In this document: in pieces, positions 38,377 through 49,308 of the stretch
Numbering within the stretch: position 1 is the first letter of the stretch
How the letters are laid out: every line of letters begins with the position of its first letter
Assembly: GCA_041937175.2 (NCBI GenBank)
Contig: CP166615.1
Location: 736,001-800,000, forward strand
Direction of reading: 5' to 3'
Source of the DNA: Limnothrix sp. BL-A-16
GTDB lineage: Bacteria; Cyanobacteriota; Cyanobacteriia; CACIAM-69d
DNA length: 64,000 bases
Position numbers and translations under genes: made by a program
The notes under the pieces: model-generated
Databases searched by the model: none
Told to the model about the DNA's origin: nothing
Seen by the model: only the letters and a program-made list of their open reading frames with translations

Positions 38377-39120
38377 TTAAGCCTGCCATTGTTGGAGTAA
38401 CCAAGCGCTGACTTGGCCATGGTCGGCCTCGCGCGATCGCCGCAGGGCCTCTTCCAAAATATCCAAACTCAGACCCGGTAACACCGCCGATTCTTGGATC
38501 CGCCGACTGCCGCGCTCAATGATTTCAAACCCGAGGATCAGCGCCTCCGGCACATTCACCACCCAATATTCCCGCACGCCCAAATCTTCATAGAGCAAGC
38601 GTTTGCGCCCACAATCATCGGGCCAGGTGCTGTCAGAAATTTCGATCGCCAAGTCCGGCGGCGGTAACTGATCCAAGTCCACAATTTTAGTTTCCCAGTC
38701 CAGCGATCCCACGCGATCGCCTACATACAAGGAAACATCGGGCTGCGCTTCTCGCAAGCCAGTTTTGCGATAGGTGCAGTTGTCGTGAACATCGACGCGC
38801 AAGTCTCGAAGGGCTGCAAACAGCAACGTCGCGTAGATCACGATCGAATGGTCGCGGGAGTGGGGGTTACCGACGGGAGACATTTCGAGCCTCATCATTC
38901 CGTCGTGATAATAACCTTTTGTTTTCTCACTGGCTTGGGCGATCGCTTGCTGATAAGTCTCCCAATCTGCCTTTTGCCAATCGTCAGGATCCGTCTCTGT
39001 CGCCTCATCAAACTCGCAAAGGGTCGGGTCAGCCTCCGCCACGGGGCTAAACCGTTGCGGCTGGGGCGCTGAAGCAGTCACAGCGGCGTTAGGGGAGCGA
39101 CCGGGCTGGGTGGCAACCAT
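38377..39120 (-). CDS. Uma2 family (DUF820) endonuclease-like protein
   Basis: EMSP..H, QPDVS, PPDLAIEIS, K..LY..LGVREYWVVN; start uncertain (ORF track extends to 39294). Confidence 0.88.
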   Translation of the reverse strand: MVATQPGRSPNAAVTASAPQPQRFSPVAEADPTLCEFDEATETDPDDWQKADWETYQQAIAQASEKTKGYYHDGMMRLEMSPVGNPHSRDHSIVIYATLLFAALRDLRVDVHDNCTYRKTGLREAQPDVSLYVGDRVGSLDWETKIVDLDQLPPPDLAIEISDSTWPDDCGRKRLLYEDLGVREYWVVNVPEALILGFEIIERGSRRIQESAVLPGLSLDILEEALRRSREADHGQVSAWLLQQWQA

Positions 39121-39515
39121 GGCGGGGGAAGAGTGGGCGATCGACTGCTTGGATTCTAGCAATCTCTGCTGGGAGCAGGGCGCTGCTGCGGGTTGCATCA
39201 AGGCTAATCCGTGGTAGATCACCTCACTCGCACATTTCCCACAGCAGTCGAGTTGCTGGGCCGCCGCGCACGGTGGGGTTGCGTGGCGATTCAAGGTTCA
39301 GAATGTCCAGCGATCAATTCTTGCCGATCACCCGAGGTGATCCCCTTGGGCGATCGATTGCAGACATGAACTTAACTTTTTGAAACAAATCGTAATCATC
39401 AGAAAAAACGATTGGTCACTGTATGTAAAGTTTATTAAACTAAAACCAGGTGAGTAATTATCCCTACCTCTCCCTCATCGAGTTCATACCCGACCTTTGC
39501 AGCCGGGTGGAGTCA

Positions 39516-41120
39516 ATGGACGCAACATTTCCCTGGTTAAGTTTGATTACGCTGCTGCCTTTGGTGGCGGCACTGCCGATTCCCTTCCTGCCCGATCGCG
39601 ACGGCAAAACGATCCGTTGGTATGCGCTGGCGGTGGGCATTGTGGAATTGGCCCTGATTTCCTACACCTGCTTTGGGCAGTTTGATTTCACCAACACTGA
39701 ATTTCAACTGGCGGAAACCTACGCTTGGCTGCCGCAAATTGGACTGAACTGGTCTTTGGCGATCGATGGCATCTCCATGCCGCTGGTGGCTTTGACCGGT
39801 TTGGTCACCACCCTGGCGATCGGGGCTTCCTGGAACGTCACCAAGAAACCTCGCTTGTTCTACACCCTGCTGCTGGCCATGTACAGCGCCCAAATCGGGG
39901 TGTTTGTATCGAAGGATCTGTTGCTGTTCTTCCTGATGTGGGAGCTGGAGTTAGTACCGGTTTACCTGCTGATCTCCATTTGGGGTGGTGCGAAGCGCCG
40001 CTACGCTGCCACCAAGTTCATTCTTTACACGGCCCTCGCTTCCCTGTTCATCCTGGTGGCGGCGCTGGCCATGGCCTTCTCGGGCGGCCCGGTCACCTTT
40101 GATATGGATGCCTTGGGGCTGAAGAATTACTCCCTGACGGCGGAACTCCTGCTCTATGCGGCCTTCTCGATCGCCTTCTTGGTGAAGCTGCCCGCTTTCC
40201 CGGGCCACACCTGGTTGCCCGATGCCCACGGTGAAGCGCCCACGCCTGTTTCGATGCTGTTGGCTGGCGTGCTGCTGAAGATGGCGGGCTATGGCTTGAT
40301 TCGGATGAACATGGAGATGCTGCCGAATGCGCACATCTACTTCGCGCCGGTCTTGGCGATCCTGGGCGTGGTGAACATCATCTACGGGGCGCTGAATGCC
40401 TTTGCCCAACGGAACCTGAAGCGACGGATTGCCTATTCGTCAATGTCTCACATGGGCTTTGTGTTGCTGGGGATTGCGTCTTTCACCGATGTGGGACTGA
40501 GCGGCGCGGTGCTGCAAATGGTTTCCCACGGGTTGATTGCAGCGGCGATGTTCTTCCTGACGGGCGTAACCTACGAGCGCACCCACACCCTCTCGATCGA
40601 CGACATGGGCGGCATTGGTCAAAAGATGCCCCGCACCTTCGCCCTGTTTGTGGCGACGACCATGGCTTCCTTGGCTCTGCCCGGCATGAGCGGGTTTGTG
40701 GGTGAGCTGACGGTGTTCCTCGGCTTGACCACCAGCGAAGTCTACAGCGCTCCGTTCCGGGCCACGGTGGTGGTGTTGGCGGCGGTGGGTGTGATTCTCT
40801 CGGCGGTTTACTTGCTGTCGATGCTGCGGGAAATTTTCTACGGCAAGGAAAACGCGGCTCTGACTGAGGTGAACTGGTCGGATCTGAAGCTGCGGGAACT
40901 GGCGATCGCCCTGGTGTTGTTGGCCCCGATCGTGGGTGTGGGCATCTATCCCAAGCTGGCAACCCAAACCTATGAAATGAAGTCTACGGAAGTGGCTAGC
41001 CGGGTGCGGAGCAGCTTCGCGATCGTGGCAAAGACCCAGGATTCCCGATTCTACTCAGCGGTGCTGAATGCTCCGAAGCTAGCGGATACGGAGTTGGCGG
41101 CATCGGTACGCACCAACTAA
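39516..41120 (+). CDS. ndhD: NAD(P)H-quinone oxidoreductase subunit 4 (NdhD1/D2 class, closer to NdhD2 by eye)
   Basis: [59 protein letters not shown]. Confidence 0.95.
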   Translation: MDATFPWLSLITLLPLVAALPIPFLPDRDGKTIRWYALAVGIVELALISYTCFGQFDFTNTEFQLAETYAWLPQIGLNWSLAIDGISMPLVALTGLVTTLAIGASWNVTKKPRLFYTLLLAMYSAQIGVFVSKDLLLFFLMWELELVPVYLLISIWGGAKRRYAATKFILYTALASLFILVAALAMAFSGGPVTFDMDALGLKNYSLTAELLLYAAFSIAFLVKLPAFPGHTWLPDAHGEAPTPVSMLLAGVLLKMAGYGLIRMNMEMLPNAHIYFAPVLAILGVVNIIYGALNAFAQRNLKRRIAYSSMSHMGFVLLGIASFTDVGLSGAVLQMVSHGLIAAAMFFLTGVTYERTHTLSIDDMGGIGQKMPRTFALFVATTMASLALPGMSGFVGELTVFLGLTTSEVYSAPFRATVVVLAAVGVILSAVYLLSMLREIFYGKENAALTEVNWSDLKLRELAIALVLLAPIVGVGIYPKLATQTYEMKSTEVASRVRSSFAIVAKTQDSRFYSAVLNAPKLADTELAASVRTN

Positions 41121-41204
41121 GGATCGCTAGCTAAGGGTCTGGCTCTCAATGTTCCCCCTGAGGGGGTGACGAATCCCTGACAAATCTCGATGAGATGATT
41201 CCAT

Positions 41205-41245
41205 AATCCCGATTTTTCCCTGGTGGAGAATCGGGATTTTGTTTT
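41205..41245 (+). terminator. Rho-independent terminator after ndhD
   Basis: AATCCCGATTTTTCC...GGAGAATCGGGATT followed by TTGTTTT. Confidence 0.7.
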
Positions 41246-41420
41246 GATTGCCCATCAGCAGCCGCGCGGTTCTGATTTGATGGAATTCCACGGCGATAAT
41301 TTTATGGATACTTACAGATACCGTTGACTCACCTCTTGATTCATACCTTATTCATACCTTGACTAATCCTTGGGTTTTCCCGGTAATGGTTTTCTTTGGC
41401 AACCCGGCGACTTTGGTGCA

Positions 41421-41924
41421 ATGACTCTGGAATTCTTTTTGGCAGATGCAACTGCAACTCAAACCCTGGGCCGGGCGATCGGGCAGATCTTGCGGCCCGG
41501 TGCGGTGATCCTGCTGGATGGAGAGTTGGGAGCTGGCAAAACAACGCTGGTGCAAGGTTTGGCGGCGGAGTTGGGCATTGCGGAGCCGGTGGTGAGTCCC
41601 ACCTTTGTGCTGGTGAATGAATATTTGGAGGGTTCGATTCCGCTGTATCACTTTGATCTCTATCGGTTGAGTCCGGAAGAGGTGGAGCCGTTGGCCCTGG
41701 AGCAATATTGGGAAGGGGGCGAGGTGACTGCGGGAATTGTGGCGATCGAGTGGTCGGAGCGGTTGCCGGAACTGCCGATCGCTTATCTCCAAGTGGCCTT
41801 GCGATCGGGCATTACGGGCCGTCAAGTGCGGATTGAGGTGGTGGGTGAAGTGCCTGGCTGGAACCCTCAACATCTTGAAGATCTTTGCGCAAATTTGGGC
41901 GGACTCACGCTGAATCAGGAATGA
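41421..41924 (+). CDS. tsaE: tRNA threonylcarbamoyladenosine biosynthesis ATPase
   Basis: GELGAGKTT, SPTF, HFDLYRL, IEW. Confidence 0.95.
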   Translation: MTLEFFLADATATQTLGRAIGQILRPGAVILLDGELGAGKTTLVQGLAAELGIAEPVVSPTFVLVNEYLEGSIPLYHFDLYRLSPEEVEPLALEQYWEGGEVTAGIVAIEWSERLPELPIAYLQVALRSGITGRQVRIEVVGEVPGWNPQHLEDLCANLGGLTLNQE

Positions 41925-42046
41925 TGGAGGGTGGGCGCTGGTCTGTGGCTAGGTGAACTTTGAGTGAATGCGATTTCCTCATCTCCGATACTCCCATGGC
42001 GTTCCCGTCCTGGATAACTTGATCAACTCAGTGGGTAAGCCAACCG

Positions 42047-43387
42047 GTGACGCGCTTCTCTAGTCCGCCAATCAACTGGAATCGATCGCTGCCAACCAAA
42101 GTCGGTGCGGCAGTGTTTTTAAGTGTTTTGGGGGGCTGGTTTCTGTGGGCGAGTTGGGAGCCATTTCCCTTGGCCAAGGTGGCGAGCTGGGCCTTGGCGG
42201 TCAGTCTGTTAACGGGGATGACTGCGGCTTGGGTTTGTAGTCGGGCCTTAGACTCCATCCGCCTGGCTTGGGTGCTGTTGACCTGCTTGGATCAGGAGTC
42301 TTCTTTTACGGGTGGCTTGGCGGCGAAGGTCAGTGCCCTGACGCAATTGGACGATCAGGATGACTGTGCGCAGTTTGTGCGGCTCACCAGTCGCTTGCTG
42401 GTGCGGTATGGCGATCGATTGCAGTTTTTGGAGCGCCAACGATTAGCCCTGGAAAGTTGGCTTCATGAACATCGCGATCGACTGATTTTGATGGAAGCGG
42501 AACAGGAAAAATTGCAAGTGGCCCTTGCCCAGGCCCAAGACCGCATTCGACAGTTGGAAGGCGTTGACCTGGAAACGGGCTTGGCGAATCATTACCGTTT
42601 CTATGAAGCGCTGCAGCACACTTGGCAACAGGCACTGCGATCGAACCAGGTGGTGTCAGTTGTGGCCTGCGAAGTGGATCACTTGGCGGATTGGGTGAAT
42701 CTCCAAGGCGAGGCCTTTGGTCAACAAACAATTCACAACCTGGCAACGGTCTTAAGACAACAGGTGCAACGCAGTTCCGATGTGGTTGGCCGCGATCGGG
42801 GCGATCGATTCCTGATTTTGCTGCCCAATACTGATTCGATCGGTGCTTTGGCCGTCGCGGAATCGATTCGCCATCAGTTCAATCGCTGCGCGACTCAGCA
42901 GCCCATGACTCCCACGGCTCACCATTGGCCAAGCCACTACGATGACGCTCCGGCTTCTCCTTGGGCCGCCGGTTCGTCTTTGCATCTTGGTATGGATTGC
43001 CCCCCAACGCGCGATCGGCTACGAAGCGACTCCACCGCCACCAGTGACCGGGTTAAGGCTGAGCAAGAGGCATCCAGGCCGATCAATGTCAACATCGATG
43101 CCAGCGCAGATTTCGCCGATGCGTTCTTAGTCACTGGTTCTGAGGCTGCAATGGCTGCTGAAGTAGCCCCTGAAAGCGCTCCCGAAATGCCAATAGATCA
43201 CTCTCCATCCGCCCAGGAGCCGATCCCAACCGCTGGCACAGAGGTGACCCTATCCTTAGGCATTGGCACGTTGGTGCCTGATCTCCAGCAACTGCCCGAT
43301 ACGGCCGTGCGATCGGCTTTGCGGGCCCTTGAGCGGGCCCGTCGGCATGGGGGGAATTGTGTTGAGATGGACGGGCTGGAATATTAA
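42047..43387 (+). CDS. Membrane protein with coiled coil and degenerate, interrupted GGDEF domain
   Basis: DLETGLAN, EVDH, GRDRGDRF in place of GGDEF/GGEEF; VTLSLG...ALERARRHGGN after a ~115-aa insert. Confidence 0.8.
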   Translation: MTRFSSPPINWNRSLPTKVGAAVFLSVLGGWFLWASWEPFPLAKVASWALAVSLLTGMTAAWVCSRALDSIRLAWVLLTCLDQESSFTGGLAAKVSALTQLDDQDDCAQFVRLTSRLLVRYGDRLQFLERQRLALESWLHEHRDRLILMEAEQEKLQVALAQAQDRIRQLEGVDLETGLANHYRFYEALQHTWQQALRSNQVVSVVACEVDHLADWVNLQGEAFGQQTIHNLATVLRQQVQRSSDVVGRDRGDRFLILLPNTDSIGALAVAESIRHQFNRCATQQPMTPTAHHWPSHYDDAPASPWAAGSSLHLGMDCPPTRDRLRSDSTATSDRVKAEQEASRPINVNIDASADFADAFLVTGSEAAMAAEVAPESAPEMPIDHSPSAQEPIPTAGTEVTLSLGIGTLVPDLQQLPDTAVRSALRALERARRHGGNCVEMDGLEY

Positions 43388-43537
43388 CCCGGTTGTTGGT
43401 TTTGTGGGCTGGTTGTACTGGCTGGTTGTATTGACTAGTTTTGTTCGTTGATTCTGTCTGCTGGTTTTTTCTGCTGGTTTGGTTGGTCTCGGTCTGGCTC
43501 TGTTGATTCCTGGGTATAGATTGGGGTAATCCATGGA

Positions 43538-44776
43538 TTGGGGGAATCAGCCGTTAAGTTATGGCTACGATCGCATAGTTCAGATGGTGTGTTAGCAGTG
43601 AATCGCAATTGGTGGATCGCAGGCACGGTCGCGTTTAGCTTAGGCCTTGGCATTGGGGTTGTGACCGATCGCCAATGGCAAAAGGCCCTCGGTCTCGGAG
43701 CCATTGCCCTGTCCGGTGCAGCGGCGATCACCGCCTTAACGCCCGATCGCTCCCGATCGCAGCCCGAACCCTGGGATCCTCGCCTCAGGGAAACCATCTC
43801 CCCCGAATATGCCAACTGGTTACCCAGCGATCATCGTCCACCAACCATCAACCCACCTCTCAGCAGCGACCTCGCCAGCGCCTTGCGCGTGGAGGTCGAT
43901 CGCCTTGAACGAGAACTAGAACAATCCCTCACCCGTAAGCAGCAACTCGAAGCGGTGATTGGTGTTCTGCGTAAGGAAAAAGAAGCAATTCAGTCCCAAA
44001 TTGATGAAGGCAGCGGCCGAACGCAGAAGATTTATCGTGTTTTGGCTGATTTGGAAACCCAGCGCCAGCAACTCGAAGACAAAATTGCCCAGCATCAAAC
44101 TCAACTAGCCGATCTTGACAGTCGCAAGGCCAGCATGGAGCGCGACCTAACTCAGGTCGATCGACTGCGCGCCGAAACCATCGCCCTAGAACAAGAGGCC
44201 CAAGAACGCCAAGCCAACCTCAGCAACCTCCGCCAGCGAGAACAAACCCTCCTCAACAACTGCACCAGCCTTGAGGCCCAAGCGGCCGAACTCAGCGAGC
44301 GCACGGCCACCCTCACGCGATCGCTCGCTGACACCATGCGAGAACAGCAGAGCGTAGAAATGACCCTGCAACAACAGCAAACGGCCCTCGAACAAATTCG
44401 CACCCAAGCCGATGCCCATCACCGACGGCGCTACGAACTTCGCCAACAGATCGAAACCCTGCAACAGCAATACGACGGATTGCCCTCCACCGTCGCTAAA
44501 CTGCAGGCAGAGCACGATCGACTCGTGGCCCTCTGCCGCGATCGGCAAGTGGAATTAAACCAAATTCACGAAAACATGGCCCAAGCTCGTGCTCAGCAGC
44601 AAGCAATCCAAGCCGAGTTACAGCGCGATCGCCAAGCACTCCTGCGGGTCAACCACAAAAAACAGCAGGAAACCAACTCCTTACGGCTGTGGCTCAGCTT
44701 TCTTCTCAAAGACCTGTCCGCCAACGAGCCACCATCACCCAAGCACCGCCGCGCCCCCCGCAAACCCAACGCCTAG
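43538..44776 (+). CDS. Membrane-anchored long coiled-coil protein
   Basis: Two N-terminal hydrophobic segments, then ~270 aa of Q/E/L/R heptads. Confidence 0.75.
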   Translation: MGESAVKLWLRSHSSDGVLAVNRNWWIAGTVAFSLGLGIGVVTDRQWQKALGLGAIALSGAAAITALTPDRSRSQPEPWDPRLRETISPEYANWLPSDHRPPTINPPLSSDLASALRVEVDRLERELEQSLTRKQQLEAVIGVLRKEKEAIQSQIDEGSGRTQKIYRVLADLETQRQQLEDKIAQHQTQLADLDSRKASMERDLTQVDRLRAETIALEQEAQERQANLSNLRQREQTLLNNCTSLEAQAAELSERTATLTRSLADTMREQQSVEMTLQQQQTALEQIRTQADAHHRRRYELRQQIETLQQQYDGLPSTVAKLQAEHDRLVALCRDRQVELNQIHENMAQARAQQQAIQAELQRDRQALLRVNHKKQQETNSLRLWLSFLLKDLSANEPPSPKHRRAPRKPNA

Positions 44777-45012
44777 TGGCAAGTCAGGTAAACTCGCTGA
44801 AGAATTGGACTGTAACTGCTGAACTCACAGCTCAAACCGGCGAACTCATGAACCAAACTTGAGCTTGGCATTAAATTAATGTTGTTAATATTGATCTAGC
44901 ATTGATCTTGAATTTTTTTATTTTGAGTTCGTTTTGAATTTATTTTGATGGTTTACGAATATTGCTCTGGATTCGCTGCCAACCCCCCTGACTAGTATCT
45001 GATCAAAAAGAA

Positions 45013-46425
45013 ATGAGCATTTTTTTGATTACAAAGGAAGCAACAGCAAAACTCAAAGAGGTTTATAACCGCAATCCTCTCTTTCTCTTAGAACACATTT
45101 TCGTTGTTTTCTTTCTCATTCGCTACTCTCTTGGCATTCTAGAGGTTATTTTAACCAACGGAGCCAGTGAAGGTGATGGGCAAGATATCTTATCTTTTAA
45201 TTATAAACCGAGCGTAGCGCTCTATTTTTTAAACTATATCGTCACTAATATTTTATTAATTATGCGATGGAAAAAAGTCATTGTGATGCTAATGGCAGCT
45301 CCCACAGTTGTTTTTCTCATTGCCATGTTTCCCGTTTCATTTCTTTGGTCGATCGAGCCTTCCAAGACCCTCAATGCCTCGATCGCCATGATTGGTACCT
45401 TTCAATTTGGTCTTTATCTCGCCACTCGCTATTCCCTTAGGGATCAAGTTCGCATCTTGGGAGTGATGTTTGGTATTTCCCAGGTGCTCTGTTTCGTCTT
45501 TGGTGTTGCCCTGCGTAAATATGGCGTGATGAGCGCAGTCCATGCTGGCAAATGGCGCGGCATCTATTCCCACAAAAATCAACTAGGCAAAATGATGGCC
45601 CTCGCTTCCGGGGTCTTCGTGCTGCTTGGTATTTCTGAAACCTATCGACGATATCGCTACTTAGCTTGGTTTGGCCTCATCACTGCCTTTGTTCTCATTC
45701 AGCTCTCTGGCTCCAAAAGTCCTTTTATTAATATTGGATTGCTGATTGCCATGAGTGCATTTGGTCAGATTTTTCGTCTACCACATAAATGGATGGTTCG
45801 CGCCCTAATTTGGTCAGCCGTCATTGGAATTAATCTGTTTTTCTATTGGGATGACATCGTAATCAATATCCTAGGCGCGTTAGGTAAAGATGCTAGCTTA
45901 ACAGGCAGAACAGATGTTTGGGAATTTGTGATTGATCGGATCAAAGATCGACCAATCTTAGGTTATGGCTTTGGCACATTTTGGAATGGCTTAGATGGGA
46001 AGTCAGCCTATGTTGTTCGTGCAGTTCGGTGGCCTGTTCCTGATGCGCATAATGGATTTTTGGAAATATGTATTGATTTAGGTCTTGTGGGCTTAGCAGT
46101 TTACGTTTGGGTTGTTTTTCAAACAATTATCAAAGCCATAGCGCTCATTCGCGCCACCAGAAGCAATGAATACATCTGGGTTCTAATGTTCTTTACCTAT
46201 AGCACAGTTGCTAATCTTTCAGAAAGCTCCCTGCTGTTTCGTAACTCCTTACCCAGTGTTATTTTTGCTGCCGTCTCCTTCACAGTGGCAGCAAACTATT
46301 ACCAGCAATTTAAAGTCAACCCTTCCAATTTTTCCACTCAAATTTCGGAACAACCTTTGCCCGAGGCCTCTGAGTTACTATCGGATGAGCCAAGCGTTGG
46401 AATTGAATATAAATCCAATCCTTGA
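45013..46425 (+). CDS. O-antigen ligase/Wzy polymerase family (ExoQ-like)
   Basis: WRGIYSHKNQLG, LTGRT.VW, RPILGYG, AHNG; multiple TM segments. Confidence 0.88.
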   Translation: MSIFLITKEATAKLKEVYNRNPLFLLEHIFVVFFLIRYSLGILEVILTNGASEGDGQDILSFNYKPSVALYFLNYIVTNILLIMRWKKVIVMLMAAPTVVFLIAMFPVSFLWSIEPSKTLNASIAMIGTFQFGLYLATRYSLRDQVRILGVMFGISQVLCFVFGVALRKYGVMSAVHAGKWRGIYSHKNQLGKMMALASGVFVLLGISETYRRYRYLAWFGLITAFVLIQLSGSKSPFINIGLLIAMSAFGQIFRLPHKWMVRALIWSAVIGINLFFYWDDIVINILGALGKDASLTGRTDVWEFVIDRIKDRPILGYGFGTFWNGLDGKSAYVVRAVRWPVPDAHNGFLEICIDLGLVGLAVYVWVVFQTIIKAIALIRATRSNEYIWVLMFFTYSTVANLSESSLLFRNSLPSVIFAAVSFTVAANYYQQFKVNPSNFSTQISEQPLPEASELLSDEPSVGIEYKSNP

Positions 46426-46831
46426 TCACGAGAAAAATTGAAAGCACTTTAAAAAATTCAAAATGTTTATTTGTCATCAAATTCTTTAAGAAAAATTCAC
46501 TTTCTGAGATTTACAATTCCTTCTTGGTCAAAAATAAAAAATTCTCAAAAATTCTCAAAAAAATTCTATAAAGCTAAATACAAATCAATTTCGACAATGC
46601 AGTATAATGATAATAGGAATCTTCGATTTATAGTGAATGTCTAAAGCATAATTTGAGATTTCGCTTAAACATTGCTTCAAGCTTACAAAGCTTCAAGCCT
46701 ATAAATAGAATAGTTCATTTCATGATTGAGAAACTTTTTCCTGATTCAAATAAAATCAATAAGAATAATCGTCCAGTGCTTTGTTTTTAACTGTCTTGTT
46801 TTTACAAGAACCCTTTGAGTAAGAATTTTGC

Positions 46832-47767
46832 TTGAAGACACTCAAAAAATCGATAACCTACTCTGCTTTCAACACCAATCATCCCATGCAAATCGATAAT
46901 TCTCAAAACCTATCCTCCTTTGCCATCATTACACCAAGCTATGATCAAGACTTCCAGCGCTGCCAACTTCTCTGCAAAAGTATCTCGCGCTTTGTTCAGC
47001 CACCTTTCAAGCATTATATTGTTGTAGAAAAGCGTGACCTGAAACTGTTTTCAAAACTCAAAAATCAACATACAGAAATTATTATTGTTCAAGATTTGCT
47101 TCCTTTTTGGCTTTTTAGGCTACCCAAAATCCGAAAAACTTGGTTCAGCCTAAAGGGAGTTCCGGTGCGTAGCTGGATTATGCAGCAAATTTCCAAAATC
47201 GCACTTGCGAGAGCAATTGATGAAGAGATTTCAGTATTTTTGGATTCGGATGAGATGTTTATCCGAGACTTTGGGATTTCGAACCTGATCAAAAACAACC
47301 AAGTTCGATTCTATGCTGAGCCAGAGGGCAACCCGATCGGAATGGATACGCCGCATCAACATTGGCATCAATCGGCTAGTCGATTATTGGGTTTAGCGGC
47401 AACACCCATGCCAGCCCCCGACTACATTGCTGACGTGATCACGTGGAAACGAGAAAATGTAACAGCAATGTGTCGTCACATTGAACGCATTTATCATCAA
47501 TCATGGTTCGAGGCAGTTTCAAAAACATGGCATTTTTCTGAATACACGCTCTATGGAACCTATATTGATCGGGTGCTTCAAGACCGGAGCGGCCATTACT
47601 GGGATCCAACCAAAATTCTCAATTCCTATTACGATCCCAATGTGATGACTGAAGAAGAGTTGCGCAACTTTGTTAACTCAACTCGACCTGAGCATGTTGC
47701 CATCATGATTTCTGCTAAGGCTAAAATAGCAGTTGACCGATACGCGAGCTTGTTAGAGCTTGAATAG
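46832..47767 (+). CDS. DUF6492-like glycosyltransferase-related protein
   Basis: IITPSY..D, W.MQQ..K, FLDSD, FSEYTLYG. Confidence 0.7.
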   Translation: MKTLKKSITYSAFNTNHPMQIDNSQNLSSFAIITPSYDQDFQRCQLLCKSISRFVQPPFKHYIVVEKRDLKLFSKLKNQHTEIIIVQDLLPFWLFRLPKIRKTWFSLKGVPVRSWIMQQISKIALARAIDEEISVFLDSDEMFIRDFGISNLIKNNQVRFYAEPEGNPIGMDTPHQHWHQSASRLLGLAATPMPAPDYIADVITWKRENVTAMCRHIERIYHQSWFEAVSKTWHFSEYTLYGTYIDRVLQDRSGHYWDPTKILNSYYDPNVMTEEELRNFVNSTRPEHVAIMISAKAKIAVDRYASLLELE

Positions 47768-48060
47768 GCTGGTTGCTAACGGTGTGTAATCGATCGCTCT
47801 TCATGATGGGTGGAGGGTAACTGTTGAGCGAGTCGAAGAAGCCAGCATCCGATCAAAAACCCTCGGGCTACCTTCAATGATCCGGTTACTGACCCTAAAT
47901 CTCGGTAAAGGATGAAAATTTGGCAAGGTTGGTGGGGGCCTGCTGCCAAAGAAGTTGGTCAGTAGTGATGTTCTTGATCCTGAGGCTGCCAAAACTAGCT
48001 GACTATTTGGGGGCATCCCCCTTGTTCTGTTTTTGATCAATATAGACGGGCAATAGTTCC

Positions 48061-49188
48061 ATGAATGTTGCATTGATCGGCTGTGGATTTGTTGCTGATT
48101 ATTATGTGCGAACTTTAGAAAATCATCCTTCATTAAAAATTCTGGGCGTGATGGATCGAGATTCAGCACGCACAGAGTATTTTTCTCAATTTCATAAACT
48201 TCCTAAGTACCCCAGTTTGGAAGCGGTACTAGCAGATGAGCGTGTGCAAATTGTCATTAACCTAACCAATCCTCGCAGTCACTATGAAGTTTCCAAAGCA
48301 GCTTTGCTAGCGGGCAAACATGTTTACTCAGAAAAACCGCTGGGGATGACTTTTGAAGAGGCCAAAGAACTGGTTGAACTAGCGGAATCTAAGCAACTGG
48401 AAATTTCCGGTGCGCCCTGCAGCCTTTTGGGCGAAACGGCACAAACGATTTGGAAAGCCTTGCGCGAGCAAGCAGTTGGCCAAGTCAGCGTGGTTTATGC
48501 AGAAATGGACGATGGGTTTGTGCCTGCGATGGCTTACCAAACCTGGCTGAGTGAATCGGGAATACCGTGGCCCTACAAAGATGAATTTGAAGTGGGTTGC
48601 ACGTTGGAACATGCGGGCTATTACTTAACTTGGTTGCCTGCTTTCTTTGGGTCGGCTGTTAGCGTCACTGCCTTTGCGGATTGTACGATTCCCAATAAGG
48701 GTATTGATCATCTAGATCCACCCAATACGCCGGATTTTTCAGTTGCCTGTATTAAGTTTGCCTCGGGAGTTGTGGCTCGCTTGACCTGTAGTATCGTGGC
48801 TTCCCACGATCATGAATTACGAATTTTTGGAGATCAGGGGGTGATGTATACGGAAGATTGTTGGTTTTATCGATCGCCCGTTTATATTAAGCGCCGTCTA
48901 CGAATTCGTCGCAAAACGATCGAGGGGCCTCTCGCGCAACGTTACCCATTGGTGGGGCCAGTCACCAAACGCCAAAAGTACCGAGGTGCTCAACAAATGG
49001 ATTTTGCGCGGGGAATTGCTGACTTGGCGGAGGCAATTGAGAATAAGCGATCACCCAGATTGTCGGGACGCTATTCATTGCATGTGAATGAAATGGTCTT
49101 GGCAATTCACTACGCAACAGCTCAAGGATGTACCTATCAAATGAAAACCGATTGCCCGGTGGTGGAACCGCTGCCTTGGGCACTCTGA
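48061..49188 (+). CDS. Gfo/Idh/MocA family oxidoreductase
   Basis: IGCGFVA Rossmann motif, AGKHVYSEKP. Confidence 0.9.
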   Translation: MNVALIGCGFVADYYVRTLENHPSLKILGVMDRDSARTEYFSQFHKLPKYPSLEAVLADERVQIVINLTNPRSHYEVSKAALLAGKHVYSEKPLGMTFEEAKELVELAESKQLEISGAPCSLLGETAQTIWKALREQAVGQVSVVYAEMDDGFVPAMAYQTWLSESGIPWPYKDEFEVGCTLEHAGYYLTWLPAFFGSAVSVTAFADCTIPNKGIDHLDPPNTPDFSVACIKFASGVVARLTCSIVASHDHELRIFGDQGVMYTEDCWFYRSPVYIKRRLRIRRKTIEGPLAQRYPLVGPVTKRQKYRGAQQMDFARGIADLAEAIENKRSPRLSGRYSLHVNEMVLAIHYATAQGCTYQMKTDCPVVEPLPWAL

Positions 49189-49308
49189 TTATGCTGCCCT
49201 AACTCAACTAGTCATCATCGCAAAATGAAGGATCATGGACGATTTAGGTGCGATCGGTGAGTGCGACTGATTGAGTGTGACTCATTGAAGGTGATCAATT
49301 AAATTTTC

